Of a DNA stretch of 64,000 nt, positions 16,650-30,746 are shown piece by piece (position 1 is the stretch's first letter; each line of letters begins with the position of its first letter). Below the pieces are notes generated by a model. The model was not told the DNA's origin, made no database searches, and saw only the letters and a program-made list of their open reading frames with translations. The position numbers were made by a program, and so were the translations under genes. Source of the stretch: the human T2T-CHM13v2.0 reference genome, Homo sapiens; assembly GCF_009914755.1 (NCBI RefSeq), contig NC_060947.1; one strand, written 5' to 3'.

Positions 16650-17970
16650 TCAAGCCTATTTTTATGAGGACATTAATGGTATTCATGAAGGCAGGGCCCT
16701 TATGACCTAATCACCTCCCAAATGACTTGCCTCTTAATACTATTACATTGCACATTGTGTTTCAACATATAAATTGTGGAGGGATGCATTCAGACCATAG
16801 CACAGAGTATTCCCAATTCCTCCTTCCTGTCCCTTATAACATTGCTGTCATTCATTTCACTTATTGATAAGCCATAATCACCAAATACATTGCTGAAATT
16901 ATTAGTTAGCTAACAGTTACATCAATTAAGAACAAGAAAAATAAAATATTTTAGTTTACCTTCATTTATCACTTCTCTAATGTTCTTCTTTTATATAGAT
17001 CTGAGTTTCTGATGCATACTATTTTCCTTTTCTCTGAAGAACTTCTTTTAAAATTTATTGCAAGATAGGTCTACCAATGATAAATTAACCTCAGTTTTTC
17101 TGTCTGAAAAAGTAAAATACTCTTGAAAAAAAGTGGAAAAAAAGAAAGCTTCAGCAGAGAAATAGAAAATAAAAAAGAAGAACTAAATAAATCTTTCAGA
17201 ACTGAAAAATACAGTAATCAAAGTAAAACATTTACTGGGTATGATCAATAGCAGAATGGGGTTTTAAGAGGAAAAGCGCAGTGTACTTGAACACAGATTA
17301 ATACAAATTAAAATGAACAAAATATAGAAAAATGGTTGAAAAAAGAATAAATAGAGACTCAGGGACCTATGAAACAATATCAAAAGGTCTATCATTTTCT
17401 TCATCATAATTCCAGAAAGAGTGGAGAAAAAGTATAGCACAGAAAGAATACTTGAAGAAATAATGGATGAAAACTTTCCAAATCCAGCAAAGGACATGAA
17501 CTTACATGTACAAGAATCTCAGTGAATCCCACCCAGGATCAACTCAAAAAAATTCACATACAGGCACATTATAATTAAGTTGCTTAAAATTAGGTACTAA
17601 GAGAAAATATTAAAAGTAGCCAGAGGAAAGCACTACATTGCATACAGTGGGACAATGAGAGTAAATTTCTTATCATAAAACATGGAGGCAAGAAAGAAAT
17701 GTCATCACATTTTAAAAGTGTTTATGGGAATAAACTGTTAATCCAGAATTCTATAGGCAATGAAAATATCCTTCTAGAATGAAGGTCAAATAAAAACATT
17801 CTCAAAAAGGGAAACTAAGAGAAATCAACACCAGAACACCTGTTCTAAAAGAAATGCTAAAGGAAATTCTTCAGATGGAAGGGAAACAATACCAGAGGTA
17901 AACTTGGAATAATAGAGATGGAGGAAGAGCAACAAAATGGTAAATATTTGGGTAAATATAATAAACTATC

Positions 17971-18357
17971 TCATATGGTTTGGCTCTGTGTCCCCATTCA
18001 AATCTCATCTCCAATTGTAATCCCCACCTGTCGAGGGAGGGACGCGTAATCCCCATGTGTCAAGGGAGGGAGGTGATGGGATCATAGGGGTGGTTTTCCC
18101 CATGCTGTTCTTATAATAGTGAGTGAGTTTTCATGAGATCTGATGGTTTTATAAGTATTTGGAAGTACCTCCTTCGTTCACTATCTCTCTTACCTGCCAC
18201 CATGTAAGACACGCCTGCTTCCCCTTCCACTGTGATTGTAAGTTTCCTAAGGCCTCCCCAAACCATGAAGAACTGTGAGTCAATTAAACCTTTTTTCTTT
18301 ATAAATTACTCATTTTCGGGTAGTATCTTTATAGCAGTGTGAGAATGGACTAATACA
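17971..18357 (+). mobile_element. THE1D solo LTR
   Basis: atatggtttggctctgtgtcccc start, the duplicated gtaatcccca..tgtc.agggaggga block typical of THE1D, and gactaataca end. 5-bp TSD ctatc/ctgtc. Confidence 0.9.
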
Positions 18358-18430
18358 CTGTCCTCTTAGTTTTTAAAAACATATTGTGAAGATTGAAAAC
18401 AAAAATTATAACATTGGCTGATGGGGTTTT

Positions 18431-18736
18431 CTTTTCTTTTTTTTTTTTTTTGAGACAGAGTCTTACTCTGTCTCCCAGGCTGGAGTGCAGTGGCACGATC
18501 TCGGCTCACTGCAAGCTCTGCCTCCCAGGTTTTACGCCATTCTCCTGCCTCAGCCTCCCGAGTAGCTGGGACTACAGGCGTGCACCACCTACACCCGCCT
18601 AATTTTTTTTTGTATTTTTAGTAGAGATGGAGTTTCACCATATTAGCCAGGATGGTCTTGAACTCCTGACCTTGTGATCTGCCCGCCTCACCCTCCCAAA
18701 GTGCTGAGATTACAGGCGTAAGCCACCGCACCTGGC
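18431..18736 (-). mobile_element. AluY/Sc8-like
   Basis: gcaagctctgcctcc..tacgccattc and ttagccaggatggtc. TSD tgatRgggttttc. Confidence 0.94.
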
Positions 18737-19382
18737 TGATAGGGTTTTCAATGTATGTAAGTGAAATGTGTAAGACAAGTACAGCATAAAGTGGGGAGGG
18801 TAAATGGACCTATATGGTGGTAAAGTTTCTACACTGCACTTGAAGTAAAAGATATTGATTTGGAGTAGACAGTGTCAAGTATGTATGTGGTAACCCCTAG
18901 AGTAACAACTTAAATAGATATACAAAGAGATATAGTAAAAAATAAAAACCTCAATGGATAAATTAAAAGGGAATACTAAACAATATTAAGCTAATCCAAA
19001 AGAAGGCAGTAAGGGAAAAATAGGAAATAAAGAGAAAAGACAAGTAATAAAATATTAAAGCTAATAGAAACATGTCAATAAATGTATTGGTGAAATTGGT
19101 CTAAAAACACTAGTTAAAAAACATGGATTTTCAGAATAGATTTTTCCAAAGATTCAGTGGTATGCTGTCGATAAGAAAGCCTCTTTGAATACAAACAAAT
19201 AGTCAATGTAAAATAAAAGAATGGGAAAAGGTATGTATCATGCAATCACTAATCAAAATAAGCCTGTAGTGGCAATACTAATATCAGCCAAAATAGACTT
19301 AAGGGCAAAGAAAATTACCAAGGATCAAGAGTGACATTACATAATTATAAAAGAGTCAAATTACCAAGAAAGCATAAATGTG

Positions 19383-19682
19383 GGTTGGGCACAGTGGTTC
19401 ATTCCTGTCATCCCAGCACTTTAGGAGGCTGAGGTGAGCAGGTTGCTTAAACTCAGGAGCTTGAGACCAGTCTAGGCAACAGGATGAAACCCCTTCTCTA
19501 CAAAAACTATAAAAATTAGGTGTGTGTGGTGGTGCATTATCTGTGGTCCCAGCTACTCAGGAAGTTGAGGTGGGAGGATCACTTGAGCCCAGAAGGTGAA
19601 GGCTGCAGTGAGCTGTGATCCACCACTGTACTCCAGCCTGGGTGACAGTGGAAGACCCTATCTCAAAAGAAAAAAAAAAAAA
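19383..19682 (+). mobile_element. AluJ
   Basis: ggaggatcacttgagccc J-type right arm, poly-A. Confidence 0.93.
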
Positions 19683-20399
19683 TCCTAAAAAAAAATCCTA
19701 AATGTGTATGCAACTAACAACAGAATTTAAAAATATATGAAGCCAAAAATAATAAAACTGAAATGATAAATGGGCAAATCCACAATTATATTTAAAGTTT
19801 TAAACTCTTCTCTCTCAGTAATAGATAGGACAAGTAGACATATTATCAGCAAGGATATAGGAGAATTGAGCAACACTATCAGCCAGTAGCCAATAGTACC
19901 TAATTGACATTTATAGAACACTCTATCAAATGACAGCAGAATACACATTCTTTTCCACCGAAAATGCAAGATTCACCAAGATAGACCAAATCAGTGAAAC
20001 AGCAAACAGAAAAACAATAGAGAAATACAATGAAACCAAAAGCTCTTTTTATGCAAAGATAAATAAAATGGGCAAATGTCCAACTAGACTAACATAGGAA
20101 AAAAGTGGGGGGTGTGGTGGTGACACAAATATCATGAATAAAAGGAAATATCACTATACACATCACTAACATGAAATGGATGGTAAGGGAATGCTATCAA
20201 TGACTATAGGCATAAATTTGATTACTTAGATGAGATGGATTAATCTGTAAAAATCTACAAACTATTAAAACTTATCCAAGATGAAATAGATAACATGAAT
20301 AATCCTATCATTATTAAAGAAGTTGAGTTCGTAGTCAAACATCTTCCAAAAAACAAATCTCCAGACCCAGGTAATTTCACTGGTAAATTCCATCAAACA

Positions 20400-20732
20400 T
20401 TTTTTTTCTTTTCTTTTCTTTCTTTCTTTTTTTTTTTTTTTTTTGAGACCAGGTCTTGCTCTGTTACCCAGGCTGGCTGGAGTGGAGTGCAGTGGTGTGA
20501 ACACAACTCACTGTAGCCTCAACCCCCTCAGATCAAATTATCCACCTCAGCCTCCCAAGTAGCTGGGACCACAGGTGCATGCCACCATGCCTGGCTAATT
20601 TTTTAATATTTTGTCAAGATGGGGTCTCACCATCTTGCCCAGGCTGATCTCAAACTCCTGGGCTCAAGCAATCCTCTCATCTCAGCCTCCCAAAGTCCTG
20701 AGATTACAGGCATGAGCCATCAATGCCTGACC
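20400..20732 (-). mobile_element. AluJ
   Basis: Diverged dimer. TSD catcaaacattt. Confidence 0.93.
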
Positions 20733-21740
20733 TTTCATCAAACATTTGAAGAAGAAATAAAACTAACTCTACACAATCTTCTGGAAAATAGAAGAGGAGA
20801 GAACACTTTCAAACTCATTTTATGAGGCCAGCATTCTCCTATAGTCAAATCCAAAGATAGTACAAGCAAAGAAAAGTATAGAGCAAGATTTATCATAAAA
20901 TGGCAACATCTTTGACAAAATATTAACAAATTGAATATTGTAATATATTATAAAAATAATGTATCACAAATAATTGTGGTTTATCCTGGGAATGCAAGGC
21001 TGATTCAATATTTGAAAGTCAATCCATGTATTCCACCATATTAACAGACTGTAGAAGGAAAAAACTCACATGATCATAGCAGTTGATAGAGAAAACATTT
21101 GACAACATTCAACATCCATTCATGGTAATAACTCTCAATATATTAGGAATAGAAGAGAATTTCACTAACCTGATGAAGGGCATCTACACAAAAAAACCCA
21201 CAGCCAACATTATTCATAATGGTGGAAGACTGAATAATTTTTTTCCCAAGATTGGGAACAAGTCAAGGATGCCCACTCTTACCACTCCCATTCAAAGTCA
21301 TACTGGCTGTCCTATTGAATGTAATAAGGCAGCAAACAGAATAAAAATCATATAGATTAGAAAAGAAGAAATAAAATTGTTCCTATTCACAGATGACATG
21401 ATGGTCTCCATAAAAGTCTTGAAGAATCCTTTAAGAAAGCTTCTAGAGCTACATGAAATTCTCAAGTTCACAGCTTTTTGACGGAAAAACAAACCTCAAC
21501 CTAAACCTCTTACCTTTACATAAAGTAACTCCAAATGTATTGCAGATCAGAGGTGATATTCATGAATGTGAATTTGTGATATTGTATAATGGAATATGTT
21601 AATACTTGTAAGATTTGCATAGCTTGGTCAACCAATATTTTCTGAAGGATAATACACAAGTTTGAGAAATTGTCATGGCCAATAGGAGCCCAAACAGGCA
21701 TGACAACTAAATATAATGTGGTATTCTGGGTGGGATCTTA

Positions 21741-22148
<408 letters not shown>

Positions 22149-22628
22149 TCATTAATCATAATAAATGTACCATACTAATGTAAGATGTTACTTGGAGAAA
22201 CTTGGGTGTGGGATATATAAGAACTCTCTACTAGCTTTATAATTTTTCTGTAAATCTAAAATGATTTCAAAAAGTTATTAAAATATGAAAACTGAAAAAT
22301 GGAAATCAGTAAATATTTTATATAGATATTTAATTACATATCTATAAAATAATGTGTCAAGTCGTCAACTATTAATACAACTCAACTCATATAATACACA
22401 AATGCTATGGGTGCATTTTACTGACTACAGTTATTTTAATATATTTGATATAATATGAGGTAGGACCTTTGAGATAAGAGCACCTAGGACCAAAGAAGGT
22501 ATTAAAATGTGCTAAAATGTAGATGCTGATGTGAGAACACAGATGCTTTTTTAAGGAAATAAGTATATAAAGAGAAGAGCTGATGGTTGAGAATTGGCGA
22601 GAGAGAGGAGGAAGACAGAGTGAATGAA

Positions 22629-22730
22629 GCAGAAGATCATTTAGAGGTAGGCCTCATCTGTAGCAGAAGATCATTTAGAGGTAGGCCTCATCTGTAGCAG
22701 AAGATCATTTAGAGGTAGGCCTCATCTGTA
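22629..22730. repeat. Perfect 34-bp tandem repeat x3 (gcagaagatcatttagaggtaggcctcatctgta)
   Basis: Three identical copies read directly. Confidence 0.97.
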
Positions 22731-23305
22731 ATAACATGGTAACAGACTTTCAGGAAGAATGAGGTGGTCCCCTAATGTTACCAATATTTAACATGGCACT
22801 GGATTGAGGTCTAGAGAAACTAGAACAGAGTGAAGATGAAAGATTTGGCAATAACAAGGTGATGCCTAATCTTTGAAAGAGTACTTTTCATATGAAGTTG
22901 TAGCTGAAAGCCATTCTTGGAAGCATGGGAGAGTATAAAAGAAATAGCAACAGCAGGCGGAGTAACTTAAAGAAATGTGGTAGTAGAGAGAGAAGAGAGG
23001 GGGAGGGGAGGGATGTAAATTGGACAAGATGTAGATTGGAAAAGATCTATCCTTAATTAAAGGCAAAGGGAAAATAATATAAAGGAAGGAAGAGGGAGTT
23101 GTAGAGAAAAAAGGCTCCTTGGAGAGAGTAAGATGTGTGCTTACTATGCCTCCTGTTCATAAGTCAGGTTTGCACCAACTGCATGGCAAGGCAGTGATTA
23201 AGTACTTTCTTCTTTTTTGAAACTTTAGCAATAGAACAGCAAGCCACCTGCCTTCCTATTTTTCATATATCCATCATCCATCATAGGAGGCAGCTTGGGG
23301 CAATG

Positions 23306-24362
<1,057 letters not shown>

Positions 24363-24512
24363 TAGCCATTAGACTAAATTCATATTTAGCTTAATATAGA
24401 TACCCATAGATAAATATAGAAATATTAATAAGTGGCTGGGCGCGGTGGCTTATGCCTGTAATCCCAGCACTTTGGGAGGTTGAGGTGGGCAGATCACCTG
24501 AGGTCAGGAGTT
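24363..24512 (+). repeat. 150-bp inverted copy of 24920-25069 (70 bp L1-derived flank + 80 bp Alu 5' end)
   Basis: Reverse complement aligns without gaps, ~7 mismatches counted by eye. Confidence 0.93.
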
Positions 24513-24694
24513 CTCTAAGGAGTGATAGTTTGTTTTATTGGAGAATGGTAGATCTGGAGTCTAAGTATGCTCATTGCTATAGAGGTGTTATGCTCATTGC
24601 TATAGAGGTGTCATTGCTTCTATACTGTCTCAGCTAAACAGCATGGAAATATGTGTGTATACTAACTCACATACCTATTAATATTTCTTTTTTC

Positions 24695-24729
<35 letters not shown>

Positions 24730-25180
24730 GAGACAGAGTCTCACTCTTGTCACCCAGGCTGAAGTGCGGTGGTGCAATCTCGGCTTACTGCAACCTCTAC
24801 CTCCCAGATTCAAGCAATTCTCCTGAGTAGCTGGGATTACAGGAGTGTGGCACCACACCCGGTTATTTTGTATTTTTAGTAGAGATGAGGTTTCACCATG
24901 TTGGCCAGGCTCTTCTCGAAACTCCTGACCTCAGGTGATCTGCCCACCTCAGCCTCCCAAAGTGCTGGGATTACAGGCATGAGCCACCGCACCCAGCCCC
25001 TTATTAATATTTCTATATTTATCTATGGGTATCTATATTAAGCTAAACGTGGATTTAGTCTAATGGCTACAACTCTAGCCCATTATTACATGGATCATTT
25101 TAGCCACCCATTCTTGCTTATCTGTAATTTCCTTCATGGATAGTGAGAAACCTGACTCCCAGCATCTACTGTCCATTAAT
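24513..25180 (-). mobile_element. L1MD-type 3' fragment interrupted by an Alu
   Basis: ttttattggagaatgg, tgctcattgcta..ggtgtcattgcttcta, atctatattaagctaaac and gtgagaaacctgactccca match the recalled L1MD 3' region. 23-bp duplication at 24567-24612. Confidence 0.7.
24686..24998 (-). mobile_element. AluS with small internal deletion
   Basis: Dimer. TSD tattaatatttct. The cctcagcctc segment is missing from the right arm. Confidence 0.95.
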
Positions 25181-26057
25181 GCAGGGTTGTGTGTGGGCGT
25201 TTAGGGATTTATCTCAAAGAAGAGAGCCTCTGAGTTTGTAATATGAGCCTTTTCTCTGTTTGTTGTGCCTCCCCCATCAAGTGATCTTGATTCTCAGGAA
25301 ACCTTCCTCTACTTCTACCCTAGGAATTGCTCTTGTCTCTGGGTTTTAAACAACCCATGAAGTTGAGGTGGAAAAGAATGCCTATTTGCCTATAGCTGTG
25401 GTTGTCTGCTTCTGATGACAGCTGGGCTTGAGTGCTGCCCAGATATTACCCTGCATCTTCTGACTGGTTCTGTTCCTAATTGTTTTCTACTGTGCAGTGG
25501 TGCCAGGATCAGGAAAAACCTTCCCAGAAGATGTTGGTGAGACTGAAAAGTCTAACTGGAAAGCTTATTTCCAGTCATTCCTCTCTCTGTGATGGGTAGG
25601 TTTAGACTCAACCCCACCTCCACCCTCAGCAATGGGATCCATCCACTTTCTATGTCTCTAGGGATCCCCCACAGTTTTCTTGTTGCATTCTGGGATCTCA
25701 CAAACTTCCTTCCCTCAACACATACACATTTCTAGATCATCTCCAGGGTTGACTTCAGAAGGGGCCAACAGCCTGTGTAAGTTCTCCATCATGTCATGAA
25801 CTGGAAGGTCAACTGCCAACTTTAATTTCATTGCTATAAGTGGTTATTGTAAAAGAAAAGAAACCTCAGAAATTGTTTATGAGAAACTCCTAAGTTACAA
25901 AGTCAGAACCAGTGACCTGCTTGTTTATTGTGTTTCATTGGCACATACTTCAGGTTGTGCTATGAATGACTGACTAATGCTTACACTGTGAGGCATACTC
26001 TAATAACAATACATTGTTCTTTATTATCCCTAAAAATATTGAATCTACAAATCTGTA

Positions 26058-26212
26058 CTTTTTAAAGAGATTGGATCTCACCATATTGCCCAGGCCACAG
26101 TGCTGTGGCTATTCACAGGTGTGATCATAGTACTGTAGCCTCAAACTCATGGCCGCAAGCAATCCTCCTGTCTCAGCTCCTGAGTAGCTGGGACTACAGC
26201 CATGTGCCTGGC
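26058..26212 (-). mobile_element. FAM (fossil Alu monomer)
   Basis: Contains ggctattcacaggtgtgatc, a 7SL/FAM-specific segment. TSD caaatctgta. Confidence 0.85.
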
Positions 26213-26401
26213 TTCAAATCTGTAGTTGTAAGATGTTATTTTTTTTAAAAATCCAATTTCATATTTCAAATTTTTCTAAAGATTAAAATTGCTGCCAAGC
26301 AAAAGTTTCGAAGTTTATATTATGATGTAATGATAAATAAAAATCAAATCAATAAATATTAATGGAAAAATGACTAAGCACAAGACTATCAATATACAAG
26401 A

Positions 26402-26722
26402 TTTCTTTTCTTTTCTTTCTTTTTTTTTTTTGAGACAGGGTTTTGCACTGTTGCCCAGGCTGGAGTACACTGGTGCAATCTGGGCTTACTGCAGCCTCCC
26501 CCGTGGTTCAAGTGATTCTCCTGCCTCAGCCTCCCAAGCAGCTGGGATTACAGGTATGTGCCACCACATGCAGCTATTTTTTTTTTTCTTTTTTGTATTT
26601 TTAGTAGAGATGAGGCTTCACCATATTGGCCAGCCTGGTGTTGAACTCCTGGCCTCAAATGATCCACCCACCTCGGCCTCCCAAAGTGCTGGGATTACAG
26701 GTGTGAGCCACCATGCCCGGCC
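26402..26722 (-). mobile_element. AluJb/Sx
   Basis: Dimer. TSD caatatacaaNatttc. Confidence 0.94.
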
Positions 26723-26834
26723 AATATACAATATTTCATATCAGTGTGAATTCTCTCTTCATTCTTCTATAAATTGGGGTAGTTAAAAAAAGGATTTTAA
26801 CTTTTAGGACTCTGCAGTCTAAAAATTATAAGCA

Positions 26835-26838
<4 letters not shown>

Positions 26839-26865
<27 letters not shown>

Positions 26866-27145
26866 AGATAGAGTTTCGCTCTTGTTGCCCAGGCTGGAGT
26901 GCAATGGAGCGAACTCAGCTCACTGCGACCTCTGCCTTCAGGTTCAAGCGATTCTCCTGCCTCAGCCTTCCGAGTAGCTGAGATTACAGGCATGTGCCAC
27001 CACGCCCAGCTAATTTTGTATTTTTAGTAGAGATGGGGTTTCTCCATGTTGGTCAGGCTGGTCTCAAACTCCCGACCTCAGGTGATCCACCTGCCTCGGC
27101 CTCCCAAAGTGCTGGGATTACAGGCATGAGCCACCATGCCTGGCC
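26839..27145 (-). mobile_element. AluSp
   Basis: tttctccatgttggtcagg and ctcccgacctc diagnostics. TSD ttataagcaRt. Confidence 0.95.
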
Positions 27146-27484
27146 TTATAAGCAGTAATTTTAAGGAAATTTTATACTCATATATACACATAAAAGTCTC
27201 CCCAAGCTTAGATTTTTTACCTAAAGTTTCAGATTATGGCAACTGTATACAGGATACTTAAATTTTAACCCTGGAAAACAGGCTGCATAGAATTCCTCAC
27301 TGAATTTAAGAAACACCACTATAATTAGATTTGGGCAGCTGCTACATATTTGTAGTGTTCTCAAAGCTGCAAAATTCTAACGTAGATCAGGCATATGAAA
27401 CCAAAGATGTTCTTATATTATCTTATTGAATGACTCAAGTAGTAAATACAATGAGAAATACATCAACATTTAATATTTGATTGG

Positions 27485-27755
27485 GGCTGGGTGCAGTGGC
27501 TCATGCCTGTATTTCCAGCATTTTGGGAGGCCGAGGTGGTCAGATCACTTGAGCCCAGGAATTCAAGACCAGTCTGGCCAAGATAGCAAAACCCCATCTC
27601 TACAAAAAATTAGCCAGGCATGGTGGCACATGCCTGTGGTCACAGCTCCTTGGGAGGCTGAGGTGAGAGGATTGCTTGAGCCTGGGAGCTGAGGTTGTGG
27701 TGGGCCGAGATCATGCCACTGAACTCTAGCCTGGATGACAGAGTGAGACCCTGTC

Positions 27756-27814
<59 letters not shown>
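27485..27814 (+). mobile_element. AluJ with pure (TA)n tail (27760-27814)
   Basis: J-type dimer. TSD atttRattgg. Confidence 0.93.
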
Positions 27815-27818
<4 letters not shown>

Positions 27819-29259
27819 ATTGGGCATACAGACATCTTAGTCTTGGCATTAAATTCCATTACCAAAAAAAAGCCTTTACAATGAAACTCTTTATATCACA
27901 ATACTTTTTTAAAATGTCTAAGACCCAGCCAGTGATCTACTTATTTCCAGAAATATTTCATGCAGAGAAATTCTGGTCTAGCTAACACACTTGGCTTGTA
28001 CTGTTGTGCCATAGGTTTTGCATATCTCACTCTCAAAATTCTAGTTTTATTGCAAGAGATCAACCATTCCCATTTCCTTTGTGCATCCAATTTGTGCAGT
28101 GCTTGAATATCCAACTGAGTTAGCTGTATAATAATTTTCTGGAGGTGTTTGAGGAAGACATAAGCTCTGCTTCTATTGGAATTTGGATTTGATCATATGT
28201 CTTTAGAACACATAAGCAGGCCTTGAGAAACATTGTAGATGGAAGGAAAGAGCTGATAAGAGGAAATACCTGTTAAAAGACACCATTTCAGTAAGACAAG
28301 CTGAAGTGAAAAGACATGGACAAAGCTGGGGAGGCAGTTAGAAAGGAGAGGCAATTGTAGAATTGTATAGTAATCATTTTGGAAGTAGGCCATAGTATAG
28401 GAGAAGAAAAGGAGTTAAATTTGAGAATATGGTATAATGACTACCAAAGAAGAAGAAATTTGTTCCCAATGTTGTGTTTATATTTATCATTTTTGGGTAA
28501 CCTCATGCTTCTAATAGGGTGATTGAAAAGCCTGTCTTTGATCATATATTTGATTTCTAGTAAAAAGCTAAAATAGTACTTTATCAGCACAGTTAAAATT
28601 TCTGTAAATATAGGTCAAAGCCAACTCCATTCATTTTATCTTGTAAATATGCGTGCATCTCCCAAACACGTTCTGTTCATTAAGGGATTCAACTGTGATT
28701 CAGAATATGTCTGGATATCCGTATAGCAAAATTGATCAGTTTGGTTGCAAACTTTGGTATGTGATGTATTCATGCAGTGTAATATTTTCAGTTTTTTTCC
28801 TGCAGCTATATACATAGAAAATGTTGTTTTCCTTACTATACTTTTGAAAACGAACTGTGTTAGTTGTGAGTACAGCATTGTAGAAGGGTTGTTTTCAAAA
28901 GTTCCGGAATAAAACCTCTTAAATTACTTATTTTTGCACGTATCCCTCAGCACTATTACAGTGGTCTGAACTGCATGGCAGTGTTGTTAATGCCAGAGCA
29001 GTGTATGGCTGGAGCTGCCACTCTAATAATCTGGCAGAATGGGAAGAAACAAGTTTTTGGTGGCAAAATTAACCCATACTTCTGAATACCAAGCACCTGT
29101 GTGCTCTGGCTGGGTGGGCTTATAAATGGACCCAAAGAGAGACTGGATTTCAATTATACTGATACAAGACATGGGTTAACCTGGTTATGCTCATGCCTAC
29201 TGCCTATCATGGGATTAGAGGGTGAGTTGTGGTGGTACTTTCTTTAGTTAACTTCCGTG

Positions 29260-29480
29260 TATTGAATTATTACTATTTGCCAGACACTGTACTAAATACT
29301 TTACATGCATAATTTTATTTAATGTTTACAGCAACTAAGTAACAGGTACTGTAATTATCTCAGTTATAGAGGTTAAGTAATTTAAAATAACTTTTCAAAG
29401 GTGACACAGTTGGAAAGGTAGAAATCTAAGATTCAAACTCAAGTTAGATTGACTCTGAAGTCTCTCTTCTTAATCTTTAC
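29260..29480 (-). mobile_element. MIR
   Basis: tactatttgccagacactgtactaaatactttacatgc...aaggtgacacagttgg...gattcaaactcaag. Confidence 0.75.
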
Positions 29481-29639
29481 ATAAGATGTCTCTCCAGGTT
29501 TAACATGGCTAGGCTTAGGAAAATCTAGTTTAAGAGACTGTAGGTAGAGAAGTGAGGCCCAATTAGTAGAGAATGCAGCTATTAAAATAAGATCCATTAA
29601 ATGTTCTTCAAGATAACAGTCCTAGGTTGCCTTTTTACT

Positions 29640-30130
29640 TTTACCCTTTCTCTTAGCAATCTTATCTAGCCCCTGGGGCTCAATTACCATCTATGTACCC
29701 ATGAATCTTAAACCGAAAATCTAATCCAGACCTATCCTTGAAGTTTCAGGCGCAAATAGCCAACTGCTTATCTAGCCTTCTCTGCATTTCTGTGTAATTG
29801 TCAACTTTTGCCTATCCTTAAGATGGCAGCTTAATTATCTCTTTCTCAGGAATGCCTTCTCTGGCACATTTGTACCCTCCCACACCATCCCTGGCCTAAG
29901 TTAGGCTCCTTTGTTATATTCCTTTGTTTTTATTCCTTTTCTTCCAAGTACTCATGTAGGTTTGATGATTATTTAATGTCTGTTTCTCCCACTAGGCAGT
30001 ATACTCATCAAGGACAGTGACTTTGCCTGTTTTGCCCATCATTAGGTTCTCAGTGTCCAGCATGACTTACATATACTATAGTAGGTACTCAGTGAATACT
30101 AATTTAATAGAGGAATGGGTGAATAGATGG
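29640..30130 (+). mobile_element. L2 3' region
   Basis: tgtctgtttctccccactagg...aaggacagtgactttgcctgttttg...tagtaggtactcagtgaata L2 3' pattern. Confidence 0.7.
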
Positions 30131-30574
30131 ATAACACAGAAAATATTCAGAAAAATGAAGATAGATTTGTCAAGTCAAGATCATCCCTTTCTTTATTTCC
30201 TCTCTCTTCCTCCCTTTTCTCTGGTTAAAAACAAATACATTAATAAGGGACATTTTTGAGATTATCTGCAATAGGCAACATAGTCTTGGATTTTGACATT
30301 GGACTATGCTACTTTGCTAATCATGAGGTGAAAAGGCATAGTCTTTCTTAGAGACTTTGGTATAAGACTTTGGGTGCCTTTGGCATAAAGATTAGAAGCT
30401 ATGGCTTTAAGTCTAATTGAAATAATTGAAATGATAATAGTGATGATGATCATCATTGGTGATAATTATGATAATATAGGATATGATCATAATTATGATG
30501 ATTGTGATTTACAGAAGAAGAAAGTGAAGCTCAGAGAGATTAAGTGACTTGCAATATGGTCATATAGTTATAAT

Positions 30575-30746
30575 TAGTGGTGTGCTGGAGCTGGCTTGAA
30601 CTAGCTCCTGAGAGCCAATTGTTAAATATTGAAGAATTTTGTGAGATGGTTGACACCATGTTGTGAACTTGGAATCAGCATGGTGGATCTATTTAAGCTG
30701 TGGAAAATCCACCCCCCAACCCCATCTATTTACCAACATAACACTG
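30575..30746 (+). mobile_element. MER63A-like hAT MITE, adjacent to a MIR fragment (~30505-30574)
   Basis: agtggtgtgctggagctggc...gagagccaattgttaaat, ending tttaccaacataacactg (TIRs). 8-bp TSD-like gttataat/gctatatt. Confidence 0.75.

Noticed and set aside
18016-18072. Tandem duplication inside THE1
   Set aside because: As I recall, this is part of the THE1D consensus, not locus-specific.
18245-18270. PRDM9 hotspot motif or DUX4 site in the THE1 LTR
   Set aside because: This copy reads cctccccaaaccat rather than CCTCCCTAGCCAC, and the tgattggatca position reads tgatgggatca. Neither motif is intact.
22629-22730. 34-bp repeats as a CRISPR-like array
   Set aside because: The units are directly adjacent with no spacers, the context is eukaryotic and there are no cas genes. 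It is a minisatellite.
26370-26786. Many 60-140-aa ORFs with LECSG/PASAS/FLVE motifs (this is one example)
   Set aside because: Standard Alu translation artefacts.
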